A DNA stretch of 64,000 nucleotides from Felis catus (Eukaryota), in assembly GCF_018350175.1 (NCBI RefSeq), contig NC_058368.1:12586001-12650000 (forward strand), given 5' to 3'. The position numbers were made by a program, and so were the translations under genes. Shown here piece by piece: positions 39,205-53,200 of this stretch (position 1 is its first letter; the number at the start of each line of letters is the position of its first letter). The notes below the pieces were generated by a model. That model worked only from the letters and a program-made list of their open reading frames with translations. It searched no databases and was not told the DNA's origin.

Positions 39205-41009
39205 ACCAAAGGCGTTTTAAAAATGGAAATAAGATGTGGCTCATACACAGCCACATTATTCCTTTAGGCTTTACGATCTCAGTTTATGTATTTTATAAAG
39301 TAGGGAGCAAACTGTAAATTTATATTTCTGAGGGTTAGCTACAGAACTAAAATTACTAAAAACATATTAGCATAAAGAGAATCCTAAACTTTTCAGATAC
39401 AGTAAGAGCCTTTTTCTAGAATACTGGGTAAATTATCATTGAATTAGAGTAATTAAGTTTATCTTCGTTATTTCTTCCCATTCCTTGCAAGTCTTCCACA
39501 TCTCTCTAGGGCCAAGTTCCTTATTATAATTTACCTAGAAGTTTCTAGTGCAAAGTTTTATCCTGGTCTATTCCTTCTGGAAAAAGTATCAAATTTTGCA
39601 GAAGTATGAAGGTTAGAAATGTGAATTTTTCATTTAACTAAAATTTTGCTCATTGATCATCAGGTTGTTTGGGGGCGGGGTGGATAAAAGATCTAGAATA
39701 AACAAACTTTATTGAATTATGTATGAATGTAGCACTGCCAAATACAAGCTATATAACCTTGGAGTTAATATGCTCAAATCTTAATTTATTCACCTGTAAA
39801 ATAACACAGGCATTTATTGAACACTTCTTTGTGCCTGGCATATTTGACCAATGGTATGTGAGTACGTAAGAACCTGCCAAGTCTAAGTGGAATCATTAAT
39901 TCTCTTGATGCTTGCAACAACTCCCCTGTGGGGAAAAGAACTGACTATGATGATGATAATGATAGGGATATGGTGATGATAATGGTAGCTAATATCTTTT
40001 TGACAGGCACTGTTATGTGTTTTATATATTTACCTTTTTAAAACAATTTCGTGATGTGTTCTTCACAATGAAAATTTACTAACTCAAAAATGTGTCCTAC
40101 AAGGGTTTGCAGGATATAGAAGAGTGTGTACACACTTCTGCCCATGAGGAAAAGCCACGCAGAAACGACTTCAAGTCCACAGAGTTTTAAAGGTATGAAT
40201 TATTAAATTAAAAAAAAAACAGCAACAAATAGGACTATAATGAACAGGCAGCCAGGGGAGCTGACAATACAATGAGTTGGCCATTGGGTTGACCAATGAG
40301 TGCTACACTTTGCTGATTACGACTAATGTCTATCTCTGCCACTAGTGTAGACAATTTGACAGATGCCTAGAGCAACACTCACTGTGGGCTCATTTGTAAA
40401 GTGAGATGATGCTGGCAGCTATTTCAATAGGCTGCAGTGCACTGCACGAAAGCCTCTTAAGTGTTGTTGCTGCTGTTTTCACTCAGCAGGTGGGGACGGT
40501 CTTCTTTTCCTTTAGGAAATTAGGAACTATATCTTATTCAGGAAAAATACATTTGCTGACAGACTATTAAATACAAGATCCCATGTATGATACTTTCACA
40601 TATATTACTTCACTTTCTTCTTCCCACCAACTCTGAGCGGGGTCTTATTGTTCTGATTTTATAAAACCATTTGTAAAGAGAATAAGTTACTTGACCAGGC
40701 TCACATGGCAAATGAGAACACTTAGCTCTCTTGATTCTTCTCAGTGCTTTCTCTACATCCCCATATTTCTCTTTGTATGCTTGTCCAGCCCCATGTCTAC
40801 AAGGACCTCTTCTGTCTAAATCCCATCATAGCCCTTGTTCAGGTGGTTAACAGGCTTGGGCTCCCCTAAGCCTTGTAGATGATGGATGCCCACAGAGATT
40901 AAGGATTGAGGCTGAATCTGCAGGGAGGAATTGACCATAGTAACCCAGCAACTTTTTCGAGCTCCCACGCAGAGGTAAGGCCACTTACAGCACTTAGAAT
41001 GTGTGCTAA

Positions 41010-42350
41010 GGCACTTTATATTTTTGACACTGTTATAAATAACATCCTTTTGTAAAAAGAAAAAGGATTTTCTAGGTTCTGTAATTGGTATATAGAAATT
41101 CAATTGATTTTTCTTAATTGATGTTGTATCCATAAATATATGTAAGCTCTTTTATTAATTGTATATATTTGGGGGTGTTATCTTTGTACTCTTAAATATG
41201 GGACCAATGATACTTTGTTTCCTTTCCATTCCATTGTAGTTTGCTTTCTTTCATTTTCCTTATTACTAGTCTAGGACCTCTAATCAGTGTTGATTAGAGG
41301 TGCTAAGATAGGATATCCTGATCTTATTTCTGATTTTAAGGAGAATGCTTCTGATACTTCTCCATTTAAGTGTGATACTAACTGTATGGTTTTTGTTTTT
41401 GCTTTAATCAGGCAGTTCCATTCTTGTGATCAAAACTTTCTACATGAAAGAATGTTGAATTTTACTGAATGCATTTCCTCCATCTATTAAGATAATCAAA
41501 TTTTTCTTCTTTAATCTTCTAATTTATAAATCATACTAATCTTCTATGAAGTCAACCATGCATTCCTATACTATATTATCAAAGTACCCTTCTAGTCTTT
41601 AAAGATTATTTATCATAATGACTCTTAGAATTTATCAAATTCCCTTAGGTAATTGGACATATCAACACACTATACTAAGATATTTACAATTATTGTTTTT
41701 AAAGTTTATTTATTTTGACAGAGAGCATGCATGCACACGTGTGTGAGTAGTGGAGGGGCAGAGAGAGAGAGGGAGAGAGAGAATCCCAAGCAGGCTCTGA
41801 GCCGACAGCAGGGCTCAATCCCATGAGCTGTGAGATCATGACCTGAGCCAAGATCAGGAGTCGGACGCCCAACCAACTGAGCCACCCAGGCATCCCAAAA
41901 TATTTACACTTATTAAACCATTCTTATATTCATGACATCAACTGTGCTTGGTTGTGATAAGCAATTCTTTTTAATCTTCTTTAGTTCAGTTAGCTACTGT
42001 TTGCTTTAGTATTTTTGCATCCATATTCATTTTTGTTCTCTGTCAAGTTTTTGTATCAAGAAGATGTTAGTTTTGTAAAATAAATATGGAATCTATGCAT
42101 TTTTACAAATGAGATGCAGAAATTTTATACTGCAAGAGAACTGTCCATTCTTTGAAAATTTCAAAGAATTCACAGGGAAACCCATTTGGCTCTTAGGGGT
42201 AGGTACTTTTTTTTTTTTTTTGAGAATGTGTTTAATTTATCCCATTTGCTTTTGGTCTATTCTGGTATGTAACTCCTGAGTTCTGATGATACATACTTTA
42301 ATATAACATTGTCCATTACAAAGTCTTTCAAATTTATTAGCATACCCATG
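41010..42350 (-). mobile_element. Old L1M ORF2 fragment
   Basis: ctagtctaggacctc..tatcctgatcttatttctgattttaaggagaatgcttc..atgttgaattttactgaatgcatttcc..atttttgcatccatattcat, typical reverse-strand L1 ORF2 phrases. Confidence 0.75.
41695..41896 (-). mobile_element. CanSINE
   Basis: TSD atatttaca(a/c)ttatt at 41680-41694 and 41900-41914. Confidence 0.95.
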
Positions 42351-42378
42351 TGTACTCTTGTACTTTTAAAGTCATACT

Positions 42379-42606
42379 GGGGTGCCTGGGTGGCTCAGTT
42401 GGTTGGGCGTCCGACTTCGGCTCAGGTCATGATCTCGTGGTCCGTGAGTTCGAGCCCCGCATTGGGCTCTGGGCTGAGAGCTCAGAGCCTGGAGCCTGTT
42501 TTGGATTCTGTGTGTCCCTCTCTCTCTGCCCCTCCCCTGCTCATGCTCTGTCTCTCTTTGTCTCAAAAATAAATAAATGTTAAAAAAAATAAAAAAATAA
42601 AAAAAA
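42379..42606 (+). mobile_element. CanSINE
   Basis: Head ggggtgcctgggtggctcagttggttg, CT tract, A-rich tail. Confidence 0.95.
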
Positions 42607-43089
42607 TCATATTATATATGATATTATAGCCTTCTTGTTCCTAATTTTATTTATGTTATATAGTGGAAAGAGCCTAGATTTAAGTTAGACAGACTCAACA
42701 CTAAGGCAGACAGGTAAATTCATTTGTTAGGTCTCAGCTTAATCACTAGAGCCTCTGGGAAACCTTGCATCACTCCTAGATGTTTCTATGGATTTCCATA
42801 CTTCCTCTATCAAAACATTTGTTTCTTAGTATTATTGTTGTTTGTTTAATGGGCACCTTCAAAGTTAAACTGTAAGCTCTATGAAGGTAAAGACGAGGTA
42901 TGTCTGGTTTACCATCAAACATCTAGCATTGTCTGAAACAGAGTAAACACACCGTAAATCTTTGTTTGAATGAACAATTGTTCCGATGTTTTACTCTGCC
43001 TGTATCTTCCATAAGACCATAAGTTTTAATTGACTTTTATAGCTACCATACCAGAAGACCAGAAGAGTGATTTAAAATGCCACTCTGCA

Positions 43090-43290
43090 GCTAGAGTGCA
43101 GGTTTCAAAGCTAGGCTCTGCCATTCACTAGCTGTGTGACTATAAACAAATTACTTCACCTCTCTGTACCTCAGCTGCCTCTCTGTAAAACTAGAAATAA
43201 TAATGCTGTACTGTAGGGAGTTTATATATGCAAAACACTTTAAATACTGGTACACAGTATGTGATGACTTCATGATAGCTATTACTATAT
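43090..43290 (+). mobile_element. MIR fragment
   Basis: ggctctgccattcactagctgtgtgact..attacttcacctctctgtacctcagctgcctctctgtaaaa. Confidence 0.75.
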
Positions 43291-43665
43291 TAGATGACAA
43301 GTAAATGAATGGATAAAAGTATAATGAACTTATAAAAATAGGGAAAATAATGATCATATTTGATCTGCCTCTTGGTGTTCTGAGGATCAAGTGATAGGAA
43401 TTTTAAATAATGAAAACTATTTGGAGTGTTTTATTAGAATCATTACAAATGGAAACCCCCACTGGCCACACCAAAGAGAACTGTTTTCTTCTTTGGAAAA
43501 AAGTGACAAGGCCAGAGAAATATTTAATAAGGATTTATTCCTATTTGGAGCAAAAAATTGGAATATTTTTCTTAAATTGGAGTTTTTCTTTTGTATTTTA
43601 GCCTCTACAATAATACAACTAGGTTATGTTAAATATGCACTTTCAACAGTTTAATTTAATGTTTT

Positions 43666-43873
43666 CATTTTTATTTTTTTATTTTTATTTTATTTTAGAG
43701 AAAAAGAGAGTGTGAGCAGGGAGAGGGGCAAAGGGAGAGAGAAAGAGAATCTTAAGCAGGCTCCATGCTCAGTGCAGAGCCTGACACAGGGCTCAATCTC
43801 ACAACCTTGGGATCATGACCTGAACCAAAATCAAGAGTCAGATGCTCAACTGGCTGAGCCACCCAGGTGTCCC
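43666..43873 (-). mobile_element. CanSINE
   Basis: 14-bp TSD taatttaatgtttt at 43652-43665 and 43874-43887. Confidence 0.95.
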
Positions 43874-45739
43874 TAATTTAATGTTTTTATAACTACCACC
43901 AAATACCTAAATTAAAATTTTTCTTCAGCCTTGATAACTCTTTTGGAAATAACCTGATTTTCCAAATATGTTTTCTTTCTAGATCTTTATTTATTACTTT
44001 CTGTAGTTCATACATTATTCAAACAATGCCTCATCATTTGTTTTTCTCCTGGACAAAGAAATTTTAAAATGCTATCCTTATCGTCATTCTCAAAGGTTGC
44101 CATGTGTACATATTGGCCCTAAAGTATGAGACGTCACTGATACAATAATCTTGAATATTTTCTCCTATATACAACTGAGTCATGACATAGAACTGAAAGA
44201 AACCAATAAAGAAATTATCTTCCTAATGTGTGCCAAAATTTCATAGAAAGAGAGCTTAAGAAAAAATGTCTAAGATATTTGCAATTATGCAAAATATCAG
44301 TAATTGAAGTGATGTGGCTTGTTGACTGTCCAAGCTTAGAGAGATAAAAAGAAAATTATTTTACTCGTTTTGCTCTTTTCAGAATAAAAGAAATAAAAAA
44401 TGAAAGAGACAGATAAATAATCTTTTTCTTTAAAAATTCTAGGACATTTCTACAATATAATATATAATATTCCAATTTTTATATATTATTTAAAAGTACA
44501 GCATGCCATTCTTTAATTTCCTCATTTGCAAAGAAGAATCTTACCAATTAACTAATTTGGAAATTGAAGATTTTTACATTTAATTTTTTAGAGGACAGCA
44601 CATTTATAAAGAAATATCCATATTTCCAAACATTTAAAATATTTAGTGTCCAGCTGCAACAATAGGCATAAATAATATAACATCAGTTTTTGATCCCAAA
44701 TGTAAATGAAGTGAGCCAAAGGTCAAAGCTATGCATAGACTCAAAGTCACCTTTGCCATTTATTGTTCAAGTGATAGATGTGTTCTGTATCTCAAAAAGA
44801 GAAGCTTGTGTAATTAACCTTCAGGGAACATTAAAAACACAAAGAAGAAATTTAAGCACATGTGAAAATTTTCTTGAGCTGAGCTAAAATAGTTTATATT
44901 GAATTCATTTTTGACAATGTTTTTGATCCATTCTTCCTATAAATGGGACTAACTTACTTATCCTGCTAAATTAGACTAAGAAAGACATACTTGATTCCAG
45001 ATCCATCTGAGAGAGGCCTTCCAGTTTTTCATATTCCTGCTGCTAGACACAAAATTTTTCTTCTCTATCACAATAATGATAACTACTACTTATTTAGTGC
45101 TTACACTAAAGTGTAGCAAATTTACAGTGCTTACACTGAGTGTAGCAAAAGGAGGCTACTCTTCAAATTCAGGTCATGCTTCCTCTGCTAACTGTTGTGT
45201 AACCTGAGCAAGTTACTTGAGTTCTCAATGTCTCTGCCATCTCATTAGATTAAAATGGGGATATTAATAGGATCTACTAATAGGATTTTATCTACTACTT
45301 CCCATTTTGTTTTTTAGCCCACATTTTATCAAGATATTGTTAGGGCTTCAGGAAGCCAGAGCTCTAATTGTGTTATAACTTCTATGAGAGTTATGACTAC
45401 ACCCTTTCTGATGGATCAAGTACCACAAAGTAGTCCTTAGAGACCCAACATGTACAGACTAAGAAAATGTTAGTGCCATGCTGATTGAAGAACCTGAATA
45501 TCTCTTTCAAATCCCTCCATGGGGTCTGTAGAAGATGGATATAGGAGTGACAGAACAAAACATAAGATGTGAGAACACAGACGATTCATGATGACATACA
45601 GTTCTACTTAATGTAGTGACATATAGGGCAAGCTTCAGAAGTTTTTTGGCTTTATTTATCACTTGTACACAGTTGATTGTAGTATCCATATCCTTCCCCT
45701 GTCCCCAGTGGCTTCCTTAGGCAAAGGATCTTTGGAGCC

Positions 45740-46200
45740 ATTCCATTCATTCATTCATTCACTCATATGCCAAGCACTATCCAAGCAAAATGAATGTATT
45801 TTCCTGAAGAGCTCTAGTCTAGGGAGAAGGAGCCATGTAGACAGATAATATTACAAGGATTGAAACCAAAGTATATACACAACAGTGTGGGAACACAGAC
45901 AAAACAGCAAATAATTCTGCCTGGGGAAAAGGAAGAATTCATAGAGGAAATAACCTTTAAACTGAGTTCTGAAGGAAGAGTACTGTGTACTGTTTCAGGG
46001 GAAGAGAAGCCAAAGACATGAAAGCACAGAAAGAATACAGCATATTTAAAGAACACTGAGTTTTATCTGACTCCATCTGATGGGAACTGGTGGATAATGG
46101 CAACAGATGATGTATGAAACTGAAATGGGGGTCCCCAGATAAGAAGCCGCATATTAAGGAGTTGGACTTTCTTCTGTAGGTAATCAGAACCCTGTGGGTT
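45740..46200 (-). mobile_element. L2 3' fragment
   Basis: (cattcatt)n tail followed by tatgccaagcact..gagctctagtctagggaga..ttggactttcttctgtaggtaat. Confidence 0.7.
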
Positions 46201-46339
46201 TTTTGTTGTTGTAGTATTTTACAACGGAGAAAGTTAAACAATACAGGAAGTTAAACAATAAATATCAAGGAGTTTAAGATTTCTCTTATGAGTTCAACAC
46301 TCCCTTGCCTCTGCTCCTTCTCTTTTTTTTGGAAATGCT

Positions 46340-48730
46340 TTTTCAAAAAAATGTCTTTATTGTAAAATAGAGAAACAGAAAAGCACACAAACAGATGCAT
46401 GCCTTAATGAATTACTCAACTTTGAGGAAGCTTTTAACCAGCATCAGGGCAAGAAGTAAAACTTTGCCATAACTCTGCCCCCTCCCCCAATAAAATCTCC
46501 CAATATACTCCATACTCTATTCATTCCCAAAAGGAACTGTTATCCTGACTTTTACAGTAATTATTTCCTTGTATTTTTCATAGCTTTATCAGTCAAATGT
46601 GTATCCCTAGATGCTAAAGTTTAGTCCCCTTTATAAATTTTTTGATATCTTTGAACTTTCTTAATCTATAATTATTTCTGTCAAATTTATCTGTTGAAAA
46701 ACCCAAATTTTTTGTACACTCTGTAGTTTTCCACAGTCCGAATTTGCAAATTGCATGCTCAATAGTAATTTCAACTTGTTCCTATCTTCTGTTTTTCTGA
46801 AAATCAGAATGTGAATCAGATTTGGATTCCATCCCTTTGGTATGACTCTTGGTAGTGCTGAGTGCTTCTATCAAGAAGTATATAATATCTGATTATCTTT
46901 TTTATGATATTAGCAGCTATTAATGCTAACTAGCTGTATTTATGAATTCATTGAGAGTAGCAACACAATTATATTTTAATTATTTTTTTCATTTATCAGT
47001 TGGAATGTTTATAGAGGAATGTTTTTTTCATTTATTATTTGGTTACCCAGTGTTACAGTTCATATAGGCTAGATGTTTGAGTCTTTCACTTCATTACATA
47101 TTAGTTTTCAAGATAGTGAACTGGTTCCCTATCATCTTCTAAAAATGATCAGTTCTTTTTAAAAAAAAATATCATTATGAACACATGGATTTAAATATAT
47201 TTGATGACTTTCAATCCAGCAATTATTTCCATGATTAAAGTTCACAGTGTTCTACCTTTGGCCAATAGGGAACTTTTCAAGTTGGTTCCTGAGAACTTAG
47301 CAGTATTTGGTAGCTACCTAGCCAAGAAATGACAAGCTATTCTAGGTTCATCTTGTACATTTCGTCCTCTAAATCTAGAATTAGAAACTTCTTCAAAAAG
47401 CTCTGATTTCACGGCACCTGGGTGGCTCAGTTAGTCAGGTATCCAACTCTTGATTTCGGCTTGGGTCATGATCTCACAGTTTTTGAGATCAGGCTCCGCA
47501 TCGGGCTCTGTAGTGACAGTGTGGAACCTCCTGGGGATTCTCTCTCTTCCTCTCTCTCTACCCCTCCCCTGTTTGTGCTCTTTCTCTCTCTCTCTCTCTC
47601 TCTCAAAATAAGTAAATAAATAAATAAAAAAAAAAGAAACTCTGATTTCTTTTAATGAGAAATTGTATTCCAAGAACACATTCCACACAATGGGATAATT
47701 ATTGCTACCGTTTTGATCATTCATTTCTAGTTGTTTTCAACAGGGAGACAGAGAGGTGCTTCAGGAGTTCATATTGATAGTTACAATTCAAATTTAGGAT
47801 TTACAAAAGTTGTATTTAATCTCTAAGCTATTATATTTGTTTATCCTTCCTTCTACATGAGAGTATTGGTTCCCAAGGACACAGAATTAGAATATCCCAT
47901 AATAACTCATTTGTTTTTAGCTCATATAATACACAGAATAGTCTCAAAATAACAATATTAATACTACCACTACATGAATACTAAAAGCATTTAAAAAAAA
48001 TTTTTTTTGCATATGCTGTTCCCAGTTCTCCCTCCCTTCTGACATTTTTAGCATTATATACTATACTCTGATTCTCTTAGCCTTCATTTAGTCTTAGTCC
48101 TACTAAGAACTACATACTTAATGCTCACCACTCCTTCTGTCGATGTCCCTCTGGTCATTAGGCTACCTGAAGCTCAAACTCTGATAGATCTTTCAGAAAA
48201 AGCTGAAGATTCCCTGGCTTTTTTCACTTGAAAGTCAGTTTCACTGGATACAAAATGTTTGGCTGGCATCTTCTTTCCCTGAGAATCTAAAGGAAAGAAA
48301 TGAGAGAATCTTATTGTTTTTTAACATAAAATGTTGCTCTTGAAAAGTCTAACGTATATCTACTTATAATATCCTATAAATTGTGTGTTCCCCCACCCCC
48401 AAAGTCAACTAACACTTTGTTTTTCTCCTAAACCTAATAATTGTACTAGAATATCTTTGTGTTAGTCATTCTGGGTTGATATTCTTAGGTGCATGATGAG
48501 TTCTTTCAACATGTAACTTTAATCCTTTTTATTTCAGAAAAGTTTTTTTGAAAAAAGTTTTTAGCATTTCTTCTGATCCCTTCATTTAATTTTCATCTTC
48601 TTTTGTGGCTTTTTTAGTATCTTTTAAGAAATTCTATTTTGAAGTCATAAAAATATTCCAAAAGTTTTCAAGCTTTGACTTTCACTCTTAAGATCATAAT
48701 ACACCTGAAACTGAGTTTTGTGTATAGTGT
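46340..48730 (-). mobile_element. Old L1MC/L1ME-type 3' region
   Basis: Begins tctttattgtaaaatagagaaacagaaaagcacac; contains aaatatcattatgaacacatggatttaaatatatttgatg and ttcactggatacaaaatgtttggctggc. Confidence 0.6.
47412..47635 (+). mobile_element. CanSINE
   Basis: Flanking repeat ctctgatttc on both sides; (CT)n tract and (taaa)n tail. Confidence 0.95.
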
Positions 48731-50046
48731 GATGTGTGTACACAATTCTTGTCATGAAAACGTAAGAGAGAAATTTATGATACTTGGGTTTATCAAAAAA
48801 GTTGTACTTTTGAGCAATTGTTTCCTTGTATCTCACGGAATTATGAATTAGTCTGATTCATATCTGCTGTCTAACTCAGATAAGAAGAATGTAAAGTGTA
48901 ACAGTGCCCATGTTCACTTAAGGCAGCAACTCACTGTACTTCTATGTACAGCTTAGCCAAGGAAGGACGAGTGTTTTGTGTGGACCAAAGATGTGTGCAC
49001 CTTCCAGATGAAGAATCCAGCCAAAAAGACTTTAAAAAGGACTGCTTTGCCCAAGAGATATACTTAAGGGAAAGAATCACTTTTTTTGAGAACCCAAAGG
49101 AAAAAATCTGGATGAGGTGAACTCATCAAATGCCTGCAGCTAAGTGTTGGTTGAAGGCTAAAGTAACCAGTCAGGAAAAAGCCTCTTGCTGGAGATTCCA
49201 GGCAGAGAAATTTAAGGAGCCTGCTTTAAATAGTAAAGCCTTAAGAATGCCGATTCCAGATTGTTACACTACTGGCCATGTAAACCTGGATATTTTTCCC
49301 CAATCTTTTCAACGTTGTTCCACCCTGGAGGAAAGCTCTACACACATTAGGCCCTTAACAAAATGGTGGCTGTCATTATCAGTGCCTTTCTTTACTATCA
49401 CAGTCGAAGATACCATCTCATACTTGATTACAAGGTATTTTCCATTCGATTAGTACCAATTATTCTCAAAGTTCCTAAAAAGGAAGGACATATTTTATAC
49501 TTTCTTTATATTCATCAGAAAATTGGAAAGAGCTTTGTACTTAGAATTTGTCAATAATTATCTACTGATCAATAAGTAGAGGTAAGTGGAGTTAAAACAT
49601 TAAAATAGGAATGCTTTGGGCTGTCAAGAAAAGCCAATCAGCAACCCTGAAATAGTACCTTTTGTTAACCTAGTCAGCTTTTCACTTTTTCTAGTCTCAG
49701 AGTTCTCATTATCAATACAATGTCTCTTTATTTTACATCTTGGAGTCTCCTACCATAAAAGATGAGGCCTTTAAAAATTATATTATTTGGGAGTATCAGA
49801 TACTCAAGCTCAATGATACCCAAATGTCTTCACTGGATGATGTGCTATTGTGTGTAAAGTTGCCTCTAAGCTGTGTAAGTGTTGTGAACCAAACAAGGAG
49901 AATAATTGAAGACAGTGGAGAAAGATATTTTACTTGGATTTAAATATAATTCCAAAGATAGACTTTTGAATTCGACATTTTTAAAAAAGTCTCTTGTTCT
50001 TAATCATTTAATCATGTAATCTTTGTTTTAAAGATTTTTGAAATCT

Positions 50047-50221
50047 GGGGTGTCTGGGTGGCTCAGTCAATTGAGTATCTGACTCTTGATTTTGGCTCAG
50101 GTCATTTTGGGTTCCTCACTGAGCATGGAGCCTGCTTAAGCTTCCCCCCCCCCCCCCCCGCCCCTCTGCCCCTTTCCCCCACTCACATGCTCTCTAAAAT
50201 TAAAAAAAATAAATAAATAAA
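50047..50221 (+). mobile_element. CanSINE with internal deletion and poly(C)
   Basis: Head ggggtgtctgggtggctcagtc; C-run at about 50144-50159; A-rich tail. Confidence 0.9.
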
Positions 50222-53200
50222 GATGTTTGAAGTCATATGCTTGATTTTTTTTTTCATGCATTTTTTTCAGCCTCAATTTTGGGATCATGTATGCTGTTAT
50301 GTAAGCAGAAAAGAACATTTCCTTTTCTAATATATTTCTTTTATACATACAATCCACTGTTGAAACACTATTAAAAATGGCTATAGAACATTTCAATGGT
50401 CTTTGGAGATATTTACCCCCTGAATCTAATTACTAAGTGCCTACTGTAAATACCACGAGGGTAGGGATTGTGTCTGTTTCAATATTACGTTATAAAAACT
50501 TAATTTTCTTTCATTAATCTGTAAACTATGATCATCTACTATCCAAACTATTCATTACAAATGAAACAGTAACCCCCAAAACAGATAGTAGGGAAAATTA
50601 AAATGCTTTGTTTTTTTGATGAAAGAAGACATCATTATTTTTTAATCTAATAACTTTTTCAAATTCTGGATAAAATACAATAAGTGAAATGGGTCATTAT
50701 TATCAAATAAATCTGAATATGACTAACCAAAAATAAAAACCAAAGTAAAAAATGCACTAACTGGAAATTTTAGCACCATGTGAACATTCATATTGATGAC
50801 TTAAAAGCAATTTAGCATAGATAACTAAATATTTAATCATGATAATGATTATTTATGATTTAAAAGCAGTTGAGGAAGAGTTACATGGAATTATATTTGA
50901 ACTATAACAATTTCAAATTAATACACTTAAGTAAAACACGTTTTGTATTTTAAGTTCTACCAAAGAAAACCAAAGGCAATCAACTAAGGATATAATTGAT
51001 TTTTAGTAATTTAAAAATAAAACTTCAAGAAGATAATTGGGAGATTATCAATTATCAATTTACTGTTTTAATTTTAAAAATAATTCAATTGCATGAATTA
51101 AAGGGATATGACAAAGGGCTGCTCCAAAGGAAGGCAGGGTAGAGAGGTACTTCTTAGACTGTATCAGTTGTTAGGTTCTAACATCAACTTTATTTAGAAC
51201 ATAGAAAGTTTATATTCTTTCTCTTATTACGAAAGCTGAAGTAAATATTTTCCAGTCCTCAATGTGACTATTTGTGTTTTGGGAATAAAGGAAATGCTGC
51301 ACCCTTGTTTATGGCTTCTTCTTATAGCTCTACAATAATCCCATTCAGAGCAGTAAAAGGCACATTTGTTTTACTGTTCCATCTAAGCACATTATAAAAG
51401 GCAAGATGACTGTCAGAAAATCTATACTTAAACTACTAGATTGTAATAGGACTGAGCAATCCCTTATAGAACACATAGAGGTCAGATTTAACACTCCAGC
51501 TTGACCTCATCATGATCTGGAATAAGAGCATTTGGTGATTTTTAAGACATTAATAGGGCAGGGTTATGGGAAAGCCACTCTAGGCTTGACATTTAATTTT
51601 CTGTGTGTGCATATAAATAAATTTAATATGTGACTGTTCCAAAAGAATTACAAATAATTCTAGTTTACCCAATTACAGAATAGATACAATTAAATGTGAA
51701 ACCCGATTAATACAGTTAAAGAACTGGGAACTCAAATGTGGAAAAAAAATGGTGAGGCAAGACAAATGATGAATTAGAGTACTAAATTGTATTGCCATTA
51801 CTTCTATGCACATGTACTTCTAAAGCAAGGAAATTGGGAAATTTAATCAGTGGAACATAATTTGAGTAATTCTATAGTCCATATGTAAGAATGCTTTTTT
51901 ATTTTATCTGTTCCAAGCTACATTTATTTATAGATTGGTAGAATAAAAACAAACCACCATATAATAAAGGAAATCAAAATCAGAAAATAGAATATTTTGA
52001 GTGGTATTTTCTTATGACAGGAGAATCTATTGGATCTGAGAATCTTATATTATTACCCAGTCCATATTTATTGCATAACTATTATGCCCCCTTGATAAAC
52101 CAGAAATTCAGTAGGTAGACCTTAGAAATGGGTATGAGAGTTGACATGATAAAACCTGGGCAAAGTGTTTGTATTCAAGGGGTTTACAGCTGTGTCAAGG
52201 CTAGAATAATCTGAAGAACAAGGTTAAAAGAGAAGAGTCAGCAGATAGTTTTTTACAAACATTCTACTATAAAATAAACTGGTTTTCTTCTCTAAAGAAA
52301 GAAGAAAGCTCTCTGCCAGCACACCAAACAGAACTTCCCAAGACTTTTGATAACAGCCTATTCCTCCAACCTCTGGATGAGTCAAGCTAATTATTAATAT
52401 GCTAAAGCCAAGCTCCCTTTCCATTGTGTCATACAGTTTTCTAAGTGAAACTGCCTCACTATAATGTTCTATTGGTTTGTTAGTAATAAAATTCCCTTGG
52501 AAATGACCCATATTAGAGCTGCTTTATATTAAATTTTATTCTAAGTTAAACTCTACCAAATTTTATTTTAGGTAACAAAAACTATTTCAGGATTCATTAA
52601 ATAGCAGCAAGAGAACAAAATCACAAAGTCTTATACTTGAACCCTAAGGGTGATGAGACTGTTTTGGAACAGTTCTGACCAAGGCTTCTAATAAAATGGA
52701 CAAGCTATTTCTACATATCTGTGAGGCAAGTTGTTTCATAGTTTCTGCATCTTAGTGTATTAGTGTAGTGTTCAGTATTTAATAAAAGGTCGATCACGTG
52801 ATTAACAGAAATCTTAAAATATTATGGGGCTCTGAAATACTGCTGCCATGTGGACAAGTTATGGCTGACCAGTTCCTCCCTGAAATCTATAGAAATAATT
52901 TTATACATAAAAATAGAACCTATCATGTATCAGACACTTTGCAAATAGTATCTTTTTTTTTTTTTTTGAACCCAACAATCACCCTGGAAAGTAGACATCT
53001 TGTTTTTCAAATTAGAGAAACTGAGGCTTAGAAAACTTAAATAACTTACTCAATTCCTCCTTGCAAGAAGTGGGGAGTCTGGGACAATGTCCTGCTCATA
53101 CCTATGCACTCACACCTATGAGCACACCTATGAGCTGTTGGACAAAGTTTTGTAGAATTATTGCTTGAAATTACAATAAGAAATTAAATCCATTTGCTGT

